Shown: in pieces, positions 43,397-55,430 of the stretch
Position numbering within the stretch: the first letter of the stretch is position 1
Layout: each line of letters begins with the position of its first letter
NCBI GenBank assembly: GCA_963696315.1
Contig: CAVOJU010000014.1
Coordinates: 56,605 to 120,604 of the forward strand
Length of the DNA: 64,000 nt
Direction: 5' to 3'
Source: an uncultured Gammaproteobacteria bacterium
Lineage (GTDB): Bacteria > Pseudomonadota > Gammaproteobacteria > Methylococcales > Methylomonadaceae
The notes under the pieces: model-generated
What the model was told of the DNA's origin: nothing
Databases searched by the model: none
The model's input: only the letters and a program-made list of their open reading frames with translations
Made by a program: the position numbers and the translations under genes

Positions 43397-45370
43397 TTAG
43401 CCGAGCAGCAGCCTTTCTGCACGATCTAAATCGCCGGGCGCCCCGAACAGAACGACTACATCGTCTTCTGCTATAACGATATCGAGCGGTTCGGGCTCTC
43501 GACGGCCTTGTCTGACCAGCGACGATACGGTCACGCCTTCCAATGCCAGTTCCGTCAGTTTTTTCCCCACAGCGCAACTTCCCGAAGAAATAGATACGGA
43601 TCTCAAGCCATCGGCCACAAGCAGATCGGCATTATCCGAAAAGATCTCTTCGCCACGATAAAGTTCGCGCAGCAGCCGATAACGGCCTGCTCGTTGATGC
43701 TGCATGCGGCGCACGACGCGGGTAAAAGGGACATTCAGCAGCAATAAGGCATGAGCAGCTATCATCAGGCCGGCTTCCAGTACTTCCGGCACGACTTCCG
43801 TTGCACCGGCCTGCCGTAATTCTTCAACGTGCGTTTCATCGCGCGTGCGAACCATAACCGGCAGATCCGGGCGCAAAGCGCGAACGTGGTGAAGTATCTT
43901 CTTTGCCGACACAACATCGTCATAGCTGATAACGATCAGCTTGGCGGCATCGAGGCCAACCGCTTCGAGAATATCCTGTTCAGACGAATCGGCGTAATAA
44001 ACCGGCTCGCCGGCAATATGCGCGGCTTTGACCCTTGACGAATCCAGATCGAGAGCGACATAGGGAATCATTTCTTCTTCCAGAAAATGCGCGACGCTCT
44101 GACCTATACGTCCGTACCCGCAAATAATCGTGTGATCGCGAAGATGCTTCGTTGTTTCCGCATCGACCGGATAGGTCTCCGGGTCTGCCTCTAGCTTCGG
44201 CTGCCACACGAACAATCGGGCCAGGGCATGGTTATAGCGAATCAGAAAGGGGGCAACGATCATCGAAAACAACACAGAGGTAAATACAATCTGCGCGTGT
44301 TGGTTTGTTAAGATATGCGCGTCGAGCGCAATGGCCAGCAAGGCGAAACCGAATTCGCCGCCTACCGCCAACAGAAGTCCGGTACGCCAGGCCGTAAGGC
44401 CGTCGAGCCCTGACAAACGCACGATCAAGGCGACCAGTAGCGTTTTTGATACCAGCATCGCGGCTACACCCACCAAAGCCCATTGCCAATTCTGTGGTAT
44501 CGCGGAAGGGTCGAACAGCATCCCGATACTGACGAAAAACAAACCGATCAGCACATCGCGAAACGGTCTGATCGTAGACTCGATCTGATGCCGAAACTCG
44601 GTTTCACCCAGCATCATGCCGACCAGAAAAGCGCCGAACGCCATCGAAAGCCCAAGATTGCTGGTCGTCCAGGCTGCCAACAATGAAACAAAAAGCACGG
44701 TCAGCGTAAACAGTTCGGCGGAACGTTTTGCGGCAACGGCATGAAACAAAGGACGCAACAGCCAGCGTCCTAGAAAAAACACCAGCAGAAAATCCAGAAC
44801 AGCCGTGGCCAATGCCCAATCCAGCTCCTCGAACAAGACGCTTGCATCGTCATCGATGACATTGAGCACCGGGATAATGACCACGAAAGGCACCGCCGTC
44901 ACATCCTGAAACACCGACATCGCCACACCCAGGCGTCCATGGCGGGTGTGCTCTTCGCCTTGCTCGGCGAGCTGTTTGCTGATAATCGTGGTCGAGGATT
45001 GCGCGAACACTGCCCCGATGACAAAAGCGGTAGCCGGAGGCAAGCCCAGCCACCAGCTTGCCCCGCCGATCACGGCCGTCGTCAGCAAAACCTGTCCGGT
45101 TCCCAATCCCAATACTTGGCCTCGTAAGGCATGGATCTGCGGCAAGGAAAAATTCAAGCCTATCGTGAACAGCAGAAAAACGATGCCGAATTCGGCGGCT
45201 TCTCGAATTTGTTGAACTTCAATTACGGGGCCGGGCGTATGCGCCCCGAACAGCACCCCAACCAAAAGATAACCAATACTGGACGGAATATGCAGCTTTT
45301 GAAAAAGAACGACCACGGCCACGGAAGAACCCAGCAACAAGAGTAGCTGTATAAAAGGCTGATCTATCAT
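43397..45370 (-). CDS. CPA2-family cation:proton antiporter with C-terminal RCK (TrkA-N/TrkA-C) domains, YbaL/KefC-like.
   Basis: 657 aa with a Na+/H+ exchanger membrane domain followed by IICGYGRIGQSVA, an NAD-binding RCK domain. Confidence 0.85.
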   Translation of the reverse strand: MIDQPFIQLLLLLGSSVAVVVLFQKLHIPSSIGYLLVGVLFGAHTPGPVIEVQQIREAAEFGIVFLLFTIGLNFSLPQIHALRGQVLGLGTGQVLLTTAVIGGASWWLGLPPATAFVIGAVFAQSSTTIISKQLAEQGEEHTRHGRLGVAMSVFQDVTAVPFVVIIPVLNVIDDDASVLFEELDWALATAVLDFLLVFFLGRWLLRPLFHAVAAKRSAELFTLTVLFVSLLAAWTTSNLGLSMAFGAFLVGMMLGETEFRHQIESTIRPFRDVLIGLFFVSIGMLFDPSAIPQNWQWALVGVAAMLVSKTLLVALIVRLSGLDGLTAWRTGLLLAVGGEFGFALLAIALDAHILTNQHAQIVFTSVLFSMIVAPFLIRYNHALARLFVWQPKLEADPETYPVDAETTKHLRDHTIICGYGRIGQSVAHFLEEEMIPYVALDLDSSRVKAAHIAGEPVYYADSSEQDILEAVGLDAAKLIVISYDDVVSAKKILHHVRALRPDLPVMVRTRDETHVEELRQAGATEVVPEVLEAGLMIAAHALLLLNVPFTRVVRRMQHQRAGRYRLLRELYRGEEIFSDNADLLVADGLRSVSISSGSCAVGKKLTELALEGVTVSSLVRQGRREPEPLDIVIAEDDVVVLFGAPGDLDRAERLLLG

Positions 45371-45587
45371 TTTTTTGATTTTTTTTAAATATGGAAATTA
45401 ATTAACCCGTAAGGCGGGTTCGCTTTAGCAATCCGCCGTCATCGAAGCCCGCTCAATGTGATTACTCTCTGATTTTCCTGACTGGCTTTTTCTGACGAAT
45501 TGGGTGGTCTTTTGGCATGGCGGTTTGCTTATCCGAAACCGTCCTACGCCATAATAATATTCGTACTTGTGTCGCTTGGGTTAACAG

Positions 45588-45650
45588 CACTATAGGATGC
45601 AATACGGCTAACGCCTATTGCACCCTATAAAATTGCGCCTTATCGGGTTG
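45588..45650. repeat. REP-like repeat, copy 3.
   Basis: cactataggatgcaatacggctaacgcctattgcaccctataaaattgcgccttatcgggttgc. Confidence 0.6.
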
Positions 45651-45683
45651 CTTTTAGGGAGCCCTGGATTTTGCGGCGGGCAA

Positions 45684-46091
45684 TCAAAGTAATCCTCTCT
45701 GCCTTAATCGGCGGTTGACTTGCCGATGATACCATTTGGCCAGTAACGGCCGAATCAGCGGCAGGCCGATCAACCAGGCGACGGGTTTTAGTAAGGGGAC
45801 TTTTTGCATTAACAGAATGTAGGCATCCAGTTCCGAAACGATGCGGCCATTTTCGTCGCGGATATGCAATTCTGTTAAAGCCTTGTGCGGATCGATACCC
45901 AGTTCACGCAACTGACTTTCCTGACCGGTAATATCAAACCAGCAAACCTGCTCGCCAGCCTGGCCCGAAAGTTTTTCATAATGCTGTCTGTCGCGAATAC
46001 ATTTCGGACAGGCGCCGTCGTAAAACACAGTAATTTTGGCTTTATCTTGATTCTGGTTTTCTTGTTCAGGTTGGTCTGAGGTTGGATACAT
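45684..46091 (-). CDS. DCC1-like thiol-disulfide oxidoreductase (DUF393).
   Basis: FYDGACPKC motif; start set at the internal Met, 8 nt downstream of the upstream gene's stop. Confidence 0.7.
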   Translation of the reverse strand: MYPTSDQPEQENQNQDKAKITVFYDGACPKCIRDRQHYEKLSGQAGEQVCWFDITGQESQLRELGIDPHKALTELHIRDENGRIVSELDAYILLMQKVPLLKPVAWLIGLPLIRPLLAKWYHRQVNRRLRQRGLL

Positions 46092-46098
46092 AAGGTTA

Positions 46099-46842
46099 TC
46101 AAGCTTGACTGTGGATAAGACGTTCAAACTTTGCCAGCCAGTCTGCAAAATGTGCGACATAGTTGTAGCCGCAGACCGTTTTGAGGGATCGGCTCCTTAC
46201 GATTTCATGTATCCGCTGCGCGCGTTTTTCGGTTTCCTGTTCCGGCCCGTAGGGATTAAAGCGCATGTCAGCACCTTCCAAAAACACATAGTCACAGATA
46301 AACAGGACGTCCCGGTAGATATAAAAAGTAAACCCCGGCGTATGCCCGCCGCTATGGTAAGCCTCTATGCCGAAGGCGGCAAAGTCATCGGAAAATCGCC
46401 GGTCAATCCCGAATAATGCGGACAAACGGTGTTCGGCATCCAGATCATGCAGCCACACCTCGGTATTCCAGATGCGGCGATATTGATTGGAAGCGCCCAT
46501 GAAATGATGGTGCGTAAATAAAATGGCCTTAACCGGCGCCAGGTCACGATTGAACGCCGATGGCGAATCAATCCAGACTGCGCCTTCTTCGGTTTCAATG
46601 CGATAAGCCGCATGCTCGTAACCCAGTTTGGGCACGGACAGCAATTGACTGACATAAGCATTGATCGCATAAGCGGTAACGCGATAGTGTTTTTCAGCCT
46701 CATCCCAGCGCATGAACCGATCGTGTCTCGCCCCGCAAAACGGACAAACATCGGGCATTTCGCCAATCATGTTGTAACCGCATTGCAGACAGACCCATTG
46801 CTGCGCGTTGTTAAGGATATTATCGAAGGAGGGCATAGTCAT
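46099..46842 (-). CDS. MBL-fold metallo-hydrolase with an N-terminal rubredoxin-like zinc ribbon.
   Basis: CLQCGY...CPFCGA zinc ribbon, then an HHHFMGASN metallo-beta-lactamase motif. Confidence 0.7.
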   Translation of the reverse strand: MTMPSFDNILNNAQQWVCLQCGYNMIGEMPDVCPFCGARHDRFMRWDEAEKHYRVTAYAINAYVSQLLSVPKLGYEHAAYRIETEEGAVWIDSPSAFNRDLAPVKAILFTHHHFMGASNQYRRIWNTEVWLHDLDAEHRLSALFGIDRRFSDDFAAFGIEAYHSGGHTPGFTFYIYRDVLFICDYVFLEGADMRFNPYGPEQETEKRAQRIHEIVRSRSLKTVCGYNYVAHFADWLAKFERLIHSQA

Positions 46843-46881
46843 GATGATGTGCCCCGTTTTCGTTAAGTTCCCATGATGCCA

Positions 46882-47316
46882 TCAGGTTCGCCAGGGATGG
46901 GAAGGTAAATCCGCAAGGCCGATGACATCAACGCCGGCCTTGGCTACTTGATGATCGTTTTCCACCGAGCTGCCGCTAACGCCGATGGCGCCTATCAGAA
47001 TGCCGTCCTCATCGACGATCGGGATGCCGCCGGGAAAAGTAATCAGGCCGTCGTTGGAATGCTCGATTCCGAAAAGCGGGCCGCCGGGTTGTGATAGCTG
47101 GCCGATTTGCCCCGTATTCATACCGAAAAAACAGGCGGTCTTGGCTTTTTTGATTGCGATATCAACACTGCCGACCCAGGCGCCGTTCATTCTGACAAAC
47201 GCCTTTAAATCCGCGCCCGAATCAACAACGGCGATACACATTTGGGTGCCAATTTTAGTGGACTCGGCAATCGCTGCGGCTATCGCCTTTTCTGCTTGTT
47301 CATAGGTTACATGCAT
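46882..47316 (-). CDS. GlcG/HbpS-like heme-binding protein (DUF336).
   Basis: 144 aa with the conserved IGAIGVSG motif. Confidence 0.7.
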   Translation of the reverse strand: MHVTYEQAEKAIAAAIAESTKIGTQMCIAVVDSGADLKAFVRMNGAWVGSVDIAIKKAKTACFFGMNTGQIGQLSQPGGPLFGIEHSNDGLITFPGGIPIVDEDGILIGAIGVSGSSVENDHQVAKAGVDVIGLADLPSHPWRT

Positions 47317-47355
47317 GGTCTTGCTCCCAGGTTTCTGTAGTGAGGAAAAAACGTT

Positions 47356-48759
47356 TTATTTTGGAAAGATCATCTGTTCCGGCCGGACGATTGTATCGAA
47401 CACATCTGCCGTTACTAATCCGCTGGCGACAGCCTCTTCGCGCAGCGTACTCTGGTTCTTTAAAGCCAGTTTGGCAATAGAAGCGGCCTTGTCGTAACCG
47501 ATGTGCGGAACCAGTGCGGTGACCAGCATCAGCGACTTTTCCATAAGCTCGGCAATACGGTCAGTATTCGGCTCCATGCCCAGCACGCAATGATCGGTAA
47601 AACTGATGACCGCATCACCGATGAGACGGATGGATTGCAGCACGTTGTAAATGATGACCGGCTTGAAGGCGTTGAGTTCCAGATGCCCCTGCGCGCCGGC
47701 AAAGGTAATGGTGGCGTGATTTCCCATGACCTGGGTGCAGACCATGGTCATGGCCTCGCATTGGGTCGGATTGACTTTGCCGGGCATGATGGAAGAGCCG
47801 GGTTCATTTTCAGGCAGGCTCAGTTCGCCGAGCCCTGAGCGCGGGCCAGAGCTTAACAGGCGAATATCATTGGCTATTTTAGTGAGGCTGACGGCGAGGG
47901 TATTCAAAACTCCGGAGATTTCGACCATGGCATCGTGCGCCGCCATCGCTTCGAACTTGTTGGCGGCCGAGGTGAAAGGTAGTTGGGTAAAGTTCGCCAC
48001 TTCGTCAGCAAATTTTTCAGCAAAACCCGGTTTGGCGTTCAGTCCGGTACCAACTGCCGTGCCGCCCTGGGCGAGCGGATACAGGCGTTTGAGGCTGTCG
48101 TTAATCCGGTCGATACCCAGTTTTACCTGCGCGGCGTAACCTGAAAACTCCTGTCCCAGCGTCAGCGGCGTCGCATCCTGCAAATGGGTTCGGCCGATCT
48201 TGATAATGCCTTGCCAGGCCCGGGATTTATCGGACAGGGCCTGGTGCAAGTGTTGCAGTGCCGGAATCAGTAATTGATGCAGTTGCTCGACCGTGGCGAT
48301 ATGCATCGCGGTTGGAAACACATCGTTTGTTGACTGGCTGCGGTTGCAATGGTCGTTGGGATGCACCGGAGATTTAGACCCCAGCGTGCCGCCGAGCCGC
48401 TCGCTGGCCAGATTGGCAAGCACCTCGTTGGCGTTCATGTTCGATTGCGTACCAGAGCCGGTCTGCCAGACCATCAGCGGAAAATGATCGTCCAGCTTGC
48501 CGTCGATCACAGCCAGTGCCGCCTCGGCAATGGCATGACCGATGCTGGCATCGATGGTATTTTGCGCAATATTGGTAATCGCCGCGCAGCGCTTGACAAT
48601 GCCCAGCGCCCGGATCAAAGGCCTGGGCAGGCGTTCATTGCCAATTTTGAAATGCTCCAGCGAGCGCTGGGTTTGCGCCCCCCAGTATTTGTCGGCCGGC
48701 ACGGCTATGGAACCCAAAGAATCAGTTTCGATACGGGTTTCGAGGGGCTCTTTATTCAT
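47356..48759 (-). CDS. fumC: Class II fumarate hydratase.
   Basis: [11 protein letters not shown] signature, 467 aa. Confidence 0.95.
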   Translation of the reverse strand: MNKEPLETRIETDSLGSIAVPADKYWGAQTQRSLEHFKIGNERLPRPLIRALGIVKRCAAITNIAQNTIDASIGHAIAEAALAVIDGKLDDHFPLMVWQTGSGTQSNMNANEVLANLASERLGGTLGSKSPVHPNDHCNRSQSTNDVFPTAMHIATVEQLHQLLIPALQHLHQALSDKSRAWQGIIKIGRTHLQDATPLTLGQEFSGYAAQVKLGIDRINDSLKRLYPLAQGGTAVGTGLNAKPGFAEKFADEVANFTQLPFTSAANKFEAMAAHDAMVEISGVLNTLAVSLTKIANDIRLLSSGPRSGLGELSLPENEPGSSIMPGKVNPTQCEAMTMVCTQVMGNHATITFAGAQGHLELNAFKPVIIYNVLQSIRLIGDAVISFTDHCVLGMEPNTDRIAELMEKSLMLVTALVPHIGYDKAASIAKLALKNQSTLREEAVASGLVTADVFDTIVRPEQMIFPK

Positions 48760-48811
48760 GAGGATCAGTCACTGATACAGCGGGAGAAAAGCCGGCAGCG
48801 CAAAGCCTGGA

Positions 48812-49255
48812 TTATTCCCCCGGCTTTTTCAGCATCTTGCGTACATCGCCCAAATGCATGGCCTCCTGAGCGATCAGGCGGCGGGCATATTCTTCAAGTA
48901 AAACATCCCGCCCATTCACAAGTTCCAGCAATTCATTATAAGCAGATAAGGCCTTGGTTTCATGATCCAGGGACTCCCGCAGAATGTCGCCAATATCGTG
49001 ACGATGCGTTTCCAGCAGCGCACCGATACCCAGGGACGGGTGCCCGCCCAAATAGGTAATCAGTTCCCCCGCTTCATTGGCATGATCCAGGGACTCGGTC
49101 GCCTGGCTGCGCATCCAGGAAACAATGGGGATGCGGTTGTAGCCAAAAACCATTAATGCATAATGCGTATAACGGACAACGCCGGCCAACTCCGTTTCCA
49201 GAATTTTATTGAGTACGGTAACTACGGCATCATTATCGATTTCTGTGGTAGCCAT
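48812..49255 (-). CDS. bfr: Bacterioferritin.
   Basis: 147-aa ferritin-like four-helix protein with E/H ligand spacing typical of Bfr. Confidence 0.75.
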   Translation of the reverse strand: MATTEIDNDAVVTVLNKILETELAGVVRYTHYALMVFGYNRIPIVSWMRSQATESLDHANEAGELITYLGGHPSLGIGALLETHRHDIGDILRESLDHETKALSAYNELLELVNGRDVLLEEYARRLIAQEAMHLGDVRKMLKKPGE

Positions 49256-49563
49256 GTGAGTCTCCTAAAACAAGCATGAAAAAATTGACTATAACGGTTT
49301 TTTATCTGCTTGGACAGAAAACACAGGACAAGCGCTGAAATTTTGTTGGTTCCTGGTGTTTAAACCCGAAACCTTGCGGCTATTTTTAGATTCCGATGCC
49401 TGCACCCGAGGAACATTGAGGGCGATAGGGTTTGCCCGGCGTGTTGATTTGCGCATTTAGCAGTTCAGGATTATTGTGCAGTAAAGTTTCCATGACCAAC
49501 ACTAAACATGAATTTACAATGGATTCGAAAAAGTAGTTTTTAAATATCTACGGAGAATAGCCA

Positions 49564-50250
49564 ATGAAAGAGCTGCAAGGCATGTTGAAGGATATTGAAA
49601 TGGAAGTTACGTTAACCCGGCATCTTACCGGCAAGGATGCATTGGATTCACGCGTCATGGCGGCCATGAGAAAAGTGCCTCGGCATGCCTTTCTGCCGGT
49701 GGATTTACGCCACTATGCCTATGAAAACGGGCCGGCCTCCATTGGTTCGGGACAGACTATCTCGCAGCCCTTTATTGTTGCGCTGATGAGCGATTTGTTA
49801 AACACCAAACCCACGGATACTATTCTGGAAATCGGCACCGGCTCAGGGTATCAGTCGGCTATTCTCTCGACATTGGTCAAACAGGTGTATTCGGTAGAAA
49901 TCATTGAAAATCTGGCCAATTCGGCACGCGACCGGCTTGAAAAACTGGGCTACCACAATGTGGCGGTGCGCATGGGTGACGGCTATTTCGGCTGGCCGGA
50001 ACACGCCCCCTTTGACGGCGTTATTGTTACGGCTGCCGCGCCGCATGTCCCTCAACCCTTGATCGATCAGCTACGCGAGGGCGGGCGGCTGGTTATCCCC
50101 GTGGGTTTGCCTTACCACTACCAGGAACTGATGGTGATCGAAAAAAAGGCAAATGGCGAAATCGGGATCGAGAATGTTCTGGGGGTGAGTTTTGTCCCGC
50201 TGACGGGCGAAACTGGCCGCAAAGATCACTCGCAATCGCCCTCTGCATGA
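49564..50250 (+). CDS. pcm: Protein-L-isoaspartate O-methyltransferase.
   Basis: LEIGTGSGYQSAIL SAM motif, 228 aa. Confidence 0.9.
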   Translation: MKELQGMLKDIEMEVTLTRHLTGKDALDSRVMAAMRKVPRHAFLPVDLRHYAYENGPASIGSGQTISQPFIVALMSDLLNTKPTDTILEIGTGSGYQSAILSTLVKQVYSVEIIENLANSARDRLEKLGYHNVAVRMGDGYFGWPEHAPFDGVIVTAAAPHVPQPLIDQLREGGRLVIPVGLPYHYQELMVIEKKANGEIGIENVLGVSFVPLTGETGRKDHSQSPSA

Positions 50251-50395
50251 TACCCATACGCCTGACAGAGGATCATGTGCAGGTGCACATACAACCTGGC
50301 TTGTCCGTGCAAGTCAATAACAAGACAAGAAGGTGTTAACTCGCTGAGTTTTACACCGCGTTTAAAATCTGTATCTTAATCCACCGAGCGGTTGA

Positions 50396-51664
<1,269 letters not shown>

Positions 51665-51717
51665 TGACTCGCAAGTCGCCTCACTTTCTTTAGGTAATAA
51701 GCTATTAAGGATTTTGC

Positions 51718-51887
51718 GAGAAATAACTTACTGTTAAATTTTTCCGTTCGTCCTGAGCATAATCGAAGAATGAATGGAAAAATTCCAGCCCGAAACGTCA
51801 TGCCGATCATGCTTCGACGAGCTCAGCACGAACGGCTTGACGAACACAATAGCGATTTCGGGAAGTTATTGATGACCAAATCCTAAT
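51718..51887 (+). repeat. Structured repeat of about 170 nt, copy A (candidate MITE or small RNA).
   Basis: About 90% identical to 55431-55599. It contains a 15-bp inverted repeat, ccgttcgtcctgagc...gctcagcacgaacgg, with an extended stem. Confidence 0.7.
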
Positions 51888-52797
51888 CGGAATAACGCCT
51901 GGTTTTTGTCTGAAATTGTTTAATCAGGGTGCCGGTGATACGGTCAAAAAACTCGTGCATGAGCAGCCCGCAGAGGATCAGCGCGGTGCCGGCGGCCACT
52001 TTCATCGTCAGCGGTTCCTGGTTAACACTATGGCCGAGCAGCAGGGAGAGCACAGGCGTCAGCAGTGTAATCAGCGCTACGCGGGTGGCTTCCAGATGCG
52101 TGAGCACATAGTAATACAGCGCAAAGCCGATGGTGGTGGCGATGGCGCCCAGATAAACAATGGCGGCCAGGCTGGTGACCGGTAAGGAGGCCGGCCAGTG
52201 TCCGTCGAGACTTGCCCAGGTGATTAAATATGCAGGTACCGCCAATAACAAACCTCCGGCTACCTGGGACAAGGCCGGCAGTTTTGCATTAATGCGTTTA
52301 ATCCAGACGGCGCTGGCCGATTGCAGAAAGGCCGCAATCAACACACCGATGATGCCCAACGCCGCGTCCGGGCCAAATTGCAAGGCCGAACCGAACATGA
52401 TCGCCAAGCCGCCAAGGCCGAACAGGTATGACAGGCATTTGCCCAGGGTCAGGCTGCGTTCATCCAGCCAGATAGCCGCTAACAGTGCCGTGATCAGCGG
52501 CGATAAGCCGAAGACGACTGAAATCCAGCCGGAAGGAATAAACTGCGCGGCCCAGTACACCACCAGCATGGAAGCGTAGATTTGCAGGGCGACGGCCAAA
52601 TAGGTCAGCCGCGCCTTGCGATGCCAGGCCAAGCCCTGCCTTAACAGTGGCAGGGTAATGGCCAGGCAGACCGCGCCAATACACATGCGGCCAGTAACCG
52701 CAAACAAAAAGCCGGGGCCTTCGCCGCTCCATTTGATCGCCAGCGGCGTGGTGGCCCAAAGTAAAATGACGCTGATATAGGCGATAGCTACGCGCAT
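51883..52797 (-). CDS. EamA/DMT-family transporter.
   Basis: Ten-TM duplicated EamA domains, 304 aa. Confidence 0.75.
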   Translation of the reverse strand: MRVAIAYISVILLWATTPLAIKWSGEGPGFLFAVTGRMCIGAVCLAITLPLLRQGLAWHRKARLTYLAVALQIYASMLVVYWAAQFIPSGWISVVFGLSPLITALLAAIWLDERSLTLGKCLSYLFGLGGLAIMFGSALQFGPDAALGIIGVLIAAFLQSASAVWIKRINAKLPALSQVAGGLLLAVPAYLITWASLDGHWPASLPVTSLAAIVYLGAIATTIGFALYYYVLTHLEATRVALITLLTPVLSLLLGHSVNQEPLTMKVAAGTALILCGLLMHEFFDRITGTLIKQFQTKTRRYSD

Positions 52798-53487
52798 CTA
52801 GGCCGTTTTTTTGCGCGCCACGAGAACGCCATCCCGGGTGGGATTGATGAAAGCATCAAAATCAGGGTCGGCAAAAATCATCTGATTATGTTCCAGTATG
52901 GCTTCGGTCCAGCCTGGTACGATGTCGACATAATTTTCCGCAGCGACGCGGCCATGCCAGAGCACGTTGTCGGCAATATAAAGTCCGCCGGGGCGGATGC
53001 GCGGTTTGGCCAGTTTCCACACTTCGGGATAATCGCCCTTGTCGACATCGTTGTAGCAGATGTCGAACAGGCCTTCGGTTTGGGCAAATACGTCCTGCGC
53101 AAAGCCGGTATGGAATTGAACTCTGTCCCATAAACCAACGGAGGCGAGATAGTGTTGGGCTTTGTCGCGGTTGACGGCATCGCCATCCGTGCAAATGATT
53201 TCGCCGGCAGGGCCGGTCGCGCGCGCAAACCAGTACGCGGAATAACCATAGCCGCTGCCGAATTCAAATATGCGGCGGGCATTAATGGACTTCGCCAGCG
53301 TTTCCAGAAATACGCCAACCAGGCGGTCAACGATGGGAAAATTATTTTTTCTGCGCATAAGCTTCCATCTCGGTTAGAACCGGATGATCGCTTTGCGTCA
53401 CCAGACTGCGCATATAGGTTTCGATGGCCGGATTAACCGGAACGATAACGGTAGGATTGACGATGGTGGGTGATTGCATGTCGGCCA
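52798..53487 (-). CDS. Class I SAM-dependent O-methyltransferase (family 3), with a frameshift at the T6/A6 run near 53345-53350.
   Basis: ORF 52798..53358 plus an upstream alternative frame (MADMQSPTIVNPTVIVPVNPAIETYMRSLVTQSDHPVLTEMEAYAQKK) together give a full-length O-methyltransferase. Confidence 0.7.
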
Positions 53488-53643
53488 TGATCGGTTCCTC
53501 GCGGTAAAATGGACTGCTGAAGTTAGCGTTACAATGGATTTTATCTTACTCTGTTTTCAGGCGCTAGGGTATCGGCTGATGGTGTTGCCGCCGAGGATTT
53601 TCCCGAGGGTCGAAATGACAGATTTTAAACCGGATGATGAGCC

Positions 53644-54499
53644 GTGAATAATAAAGACATTGCTGACAAGTTACGCGAAATTGCCGATTTGCTGCAAGAA
53701 CAAGGCGCCAATCCATTTCGCGCCAATGCTTACCGGCGCGCGGCCAAAACAATCGATGGCCTGAAACAGCCCGCTGGCCGAGCTCATCGAGAATGAGGGG
53801 TTTTCCGGGTTGACGGATTTGCCCGGCATCGGCGTGGGCATTGCGCGCTCGATTGTCGAGTATGTGCGCACGGGGCGCATGAGCCGGCTGCAGAGTTTAC
53901 AGGGCGGGCATGACCCGATTGAATTGTTCGAGCAGATTCCAGGCATTGGCCCCACACTGGCGCATCGGCTCATAGAGCTGTTGCACATCGATACCCTGGA
54001 AGCTCTGGAATTGGCCGCGCATAACGGCCGTCTGGCGCAGGTGCCGGGCTTTAGTCAAAAAAAGATTGAACTGGTGCAGCTCTGGCTGGCACATGTCCTG
54101 GGCTATCGGCGTTCTGCAAAAAGCGCAGAAATGCCTATTGCAGAACCCCCGGTCAGTTTATTGCTGCAAATCGATTTTCTGTATCGCAAAAAAGCCAAGG
54201 CCGAGGAATTGCCCAAAATTGCGCCCAAACGTTTTAATCCGGCGGGCGAGGCCTGGCTGCCGATCCTGCATGTAACCCGCAAGGGCTGGCATTTTACGGC
54301 CCTGTATTCCAATACCGCGCGCGCCCATCAGCTGGATCGGGTCATGGATTGGGTGGTGATATTTTTTTACGATGATCAGCACCATGAAGGCCAGCATACC
54401 GTGGTTACCGAGACTAAAGGCACTCTTGAGGGCAAACGCGTGGTGCGCGGGCGTGAGCAGGAATGCCGTGAACTGTTACTGGCTCGCCAGCCGGGATAA
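53644..54499 (+). CDS. PolX-like helix-hairpin-helix DNA-binding protein (lyase 8-kDa plus HhH fingers, no PHP domain), with a frameshift at the CCC run near 53770.
   Basis: The N-terminus, VNNKDIADKLREIADLLQEQGANPFRANAYRRAAKTIDGL, continues in the frame of ORF 53810..54499 (LTDLPGIGVGIARSIVEYV...). Confidence 0.6.
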
Positions 54500-55345
54500 C
54501 ATCAAAAACAGGCCGTTAGTCATTTTTGCAAACGGCACATAATTGAGCTTGTCCGGCGTATCCTGAGCCGTATGGTAATAGGGGTAGCGATAGAAAGCGG
54601 TATCGGTAATCATGAAAGCCTTATAACCGTGCCGCCAAAACGCCAGATGATCACTCCAGGACACGCCCGGTACAATCGCCAGCGTGGCTATGGATTCAAT
54701 CGGAAAATCAGTCACCGCGGCAAAGGTCTTGGCGCAATGGCGCATGACACCCCGGGAACGCAAGTTGGACACAAAGCTGATAAAATTGCCGGTATCGGGA
54801 TAAAAATACTTCAGCACAGGCGGATAGGCTTGACTGCCGTGTTGATTCCGGTAACAGCCGATAGTCTCCAGCGAGATCATGAAACGGATGTTGTCTCGCC
54901 GCTGCCTGGCGGCCTGGGCATAGATCATGCTGCCCATGCTGCGCCAGTAGAAAAAAGGCGGCTCTTCATTCACAAAAGCGACAAAACGCAGAGGGCTTGC
55001 AGGCGGCGCTGCCTTGAACAGACGAGACAGTTCCAGCAGCGCCGCCACGCCGCTGCCATTATCATTCGCGCCCGGACTGCCCAAAACCGAATCATAATGC
55101 GCGCCGATCAGGATGACATCGTTGCCAGAGCGGCTGCCGGTGCAGGTGATTTCAAGATTGGCGCATTCAACGCCCTGTACGGTATAAGTCTGTTTGCGGA
55201 CGGCATAGCCTTGCTGCTGCCATTCATCGGTAATATAAGCCTCCGCCGCATGGAGCGCTTCCGGATGAAAAATATTGTGCTCACCGATAGTACCGGCAAG
55301 TTCATAGACATGGGTTCGCAAGCGCTGTGTGGAAATTTCGTTCAT
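54476..55345 (-). CDS. M28-family metallopeptidase.
   Basis: HYDSV...NDNGSG...EE zinc-ligand pattern. The start is set at MNEISTQRL, so the gene does not run into the repeat. Confidence 0.75.
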   Translation of the reverse strand: MNEISTQRLRTHVYELAGTIGEHNIFHPEALHAAEAYITDEWQQQGYAVRKQTYTVQGVECANLEITCTGSRSGNDVILIGAHYDSVLGSPGANDNGSGVAALLELSRLFKAAPPASPLRFVAFVNEEPPFFYWRSMGSMIYAQAARQRRDNIRFMISLETIGCYRNQHGSQAYPPVLKYFYPDTGNFISFVSNLRSRGVMRHCAKTFAAVTDFPIESIATLAIVPGVSWSDHLAFWRHGYKAFMITDTAFYRYPYYHTAQDTPDKLNYVPFAKMTNGLFLMLSRLASQ

Positions 55346-55430
55346 GACATTACGACAGCAAAATGAACAATCCGTTGCAAAGTCAGCGGTGGCAAAAGCA
55401 ATGGCCATAGCGTGGATTAAGGATATGGCG

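Noticed and set aside
45371-45683. A 313-nt intergenic region containing hairpins (cccgtaaggcggg) examined for tRNA or small RNA genes.
   Set aside because: No cloverleaf-compatible T-arm or anticodon arrangement was recognisable. Part of the region is a REP-like repeat copy.
48960-49096. A 16-nt direct repeat (atgatccagggactc) occurring twice within bfr.
   Set aside because: It encodes the ESLDH segment of each half of the internally duplicated ferritin four-helix bundle. It is a feature of the protein's pseudo-symmetry and not a mobile repeat.
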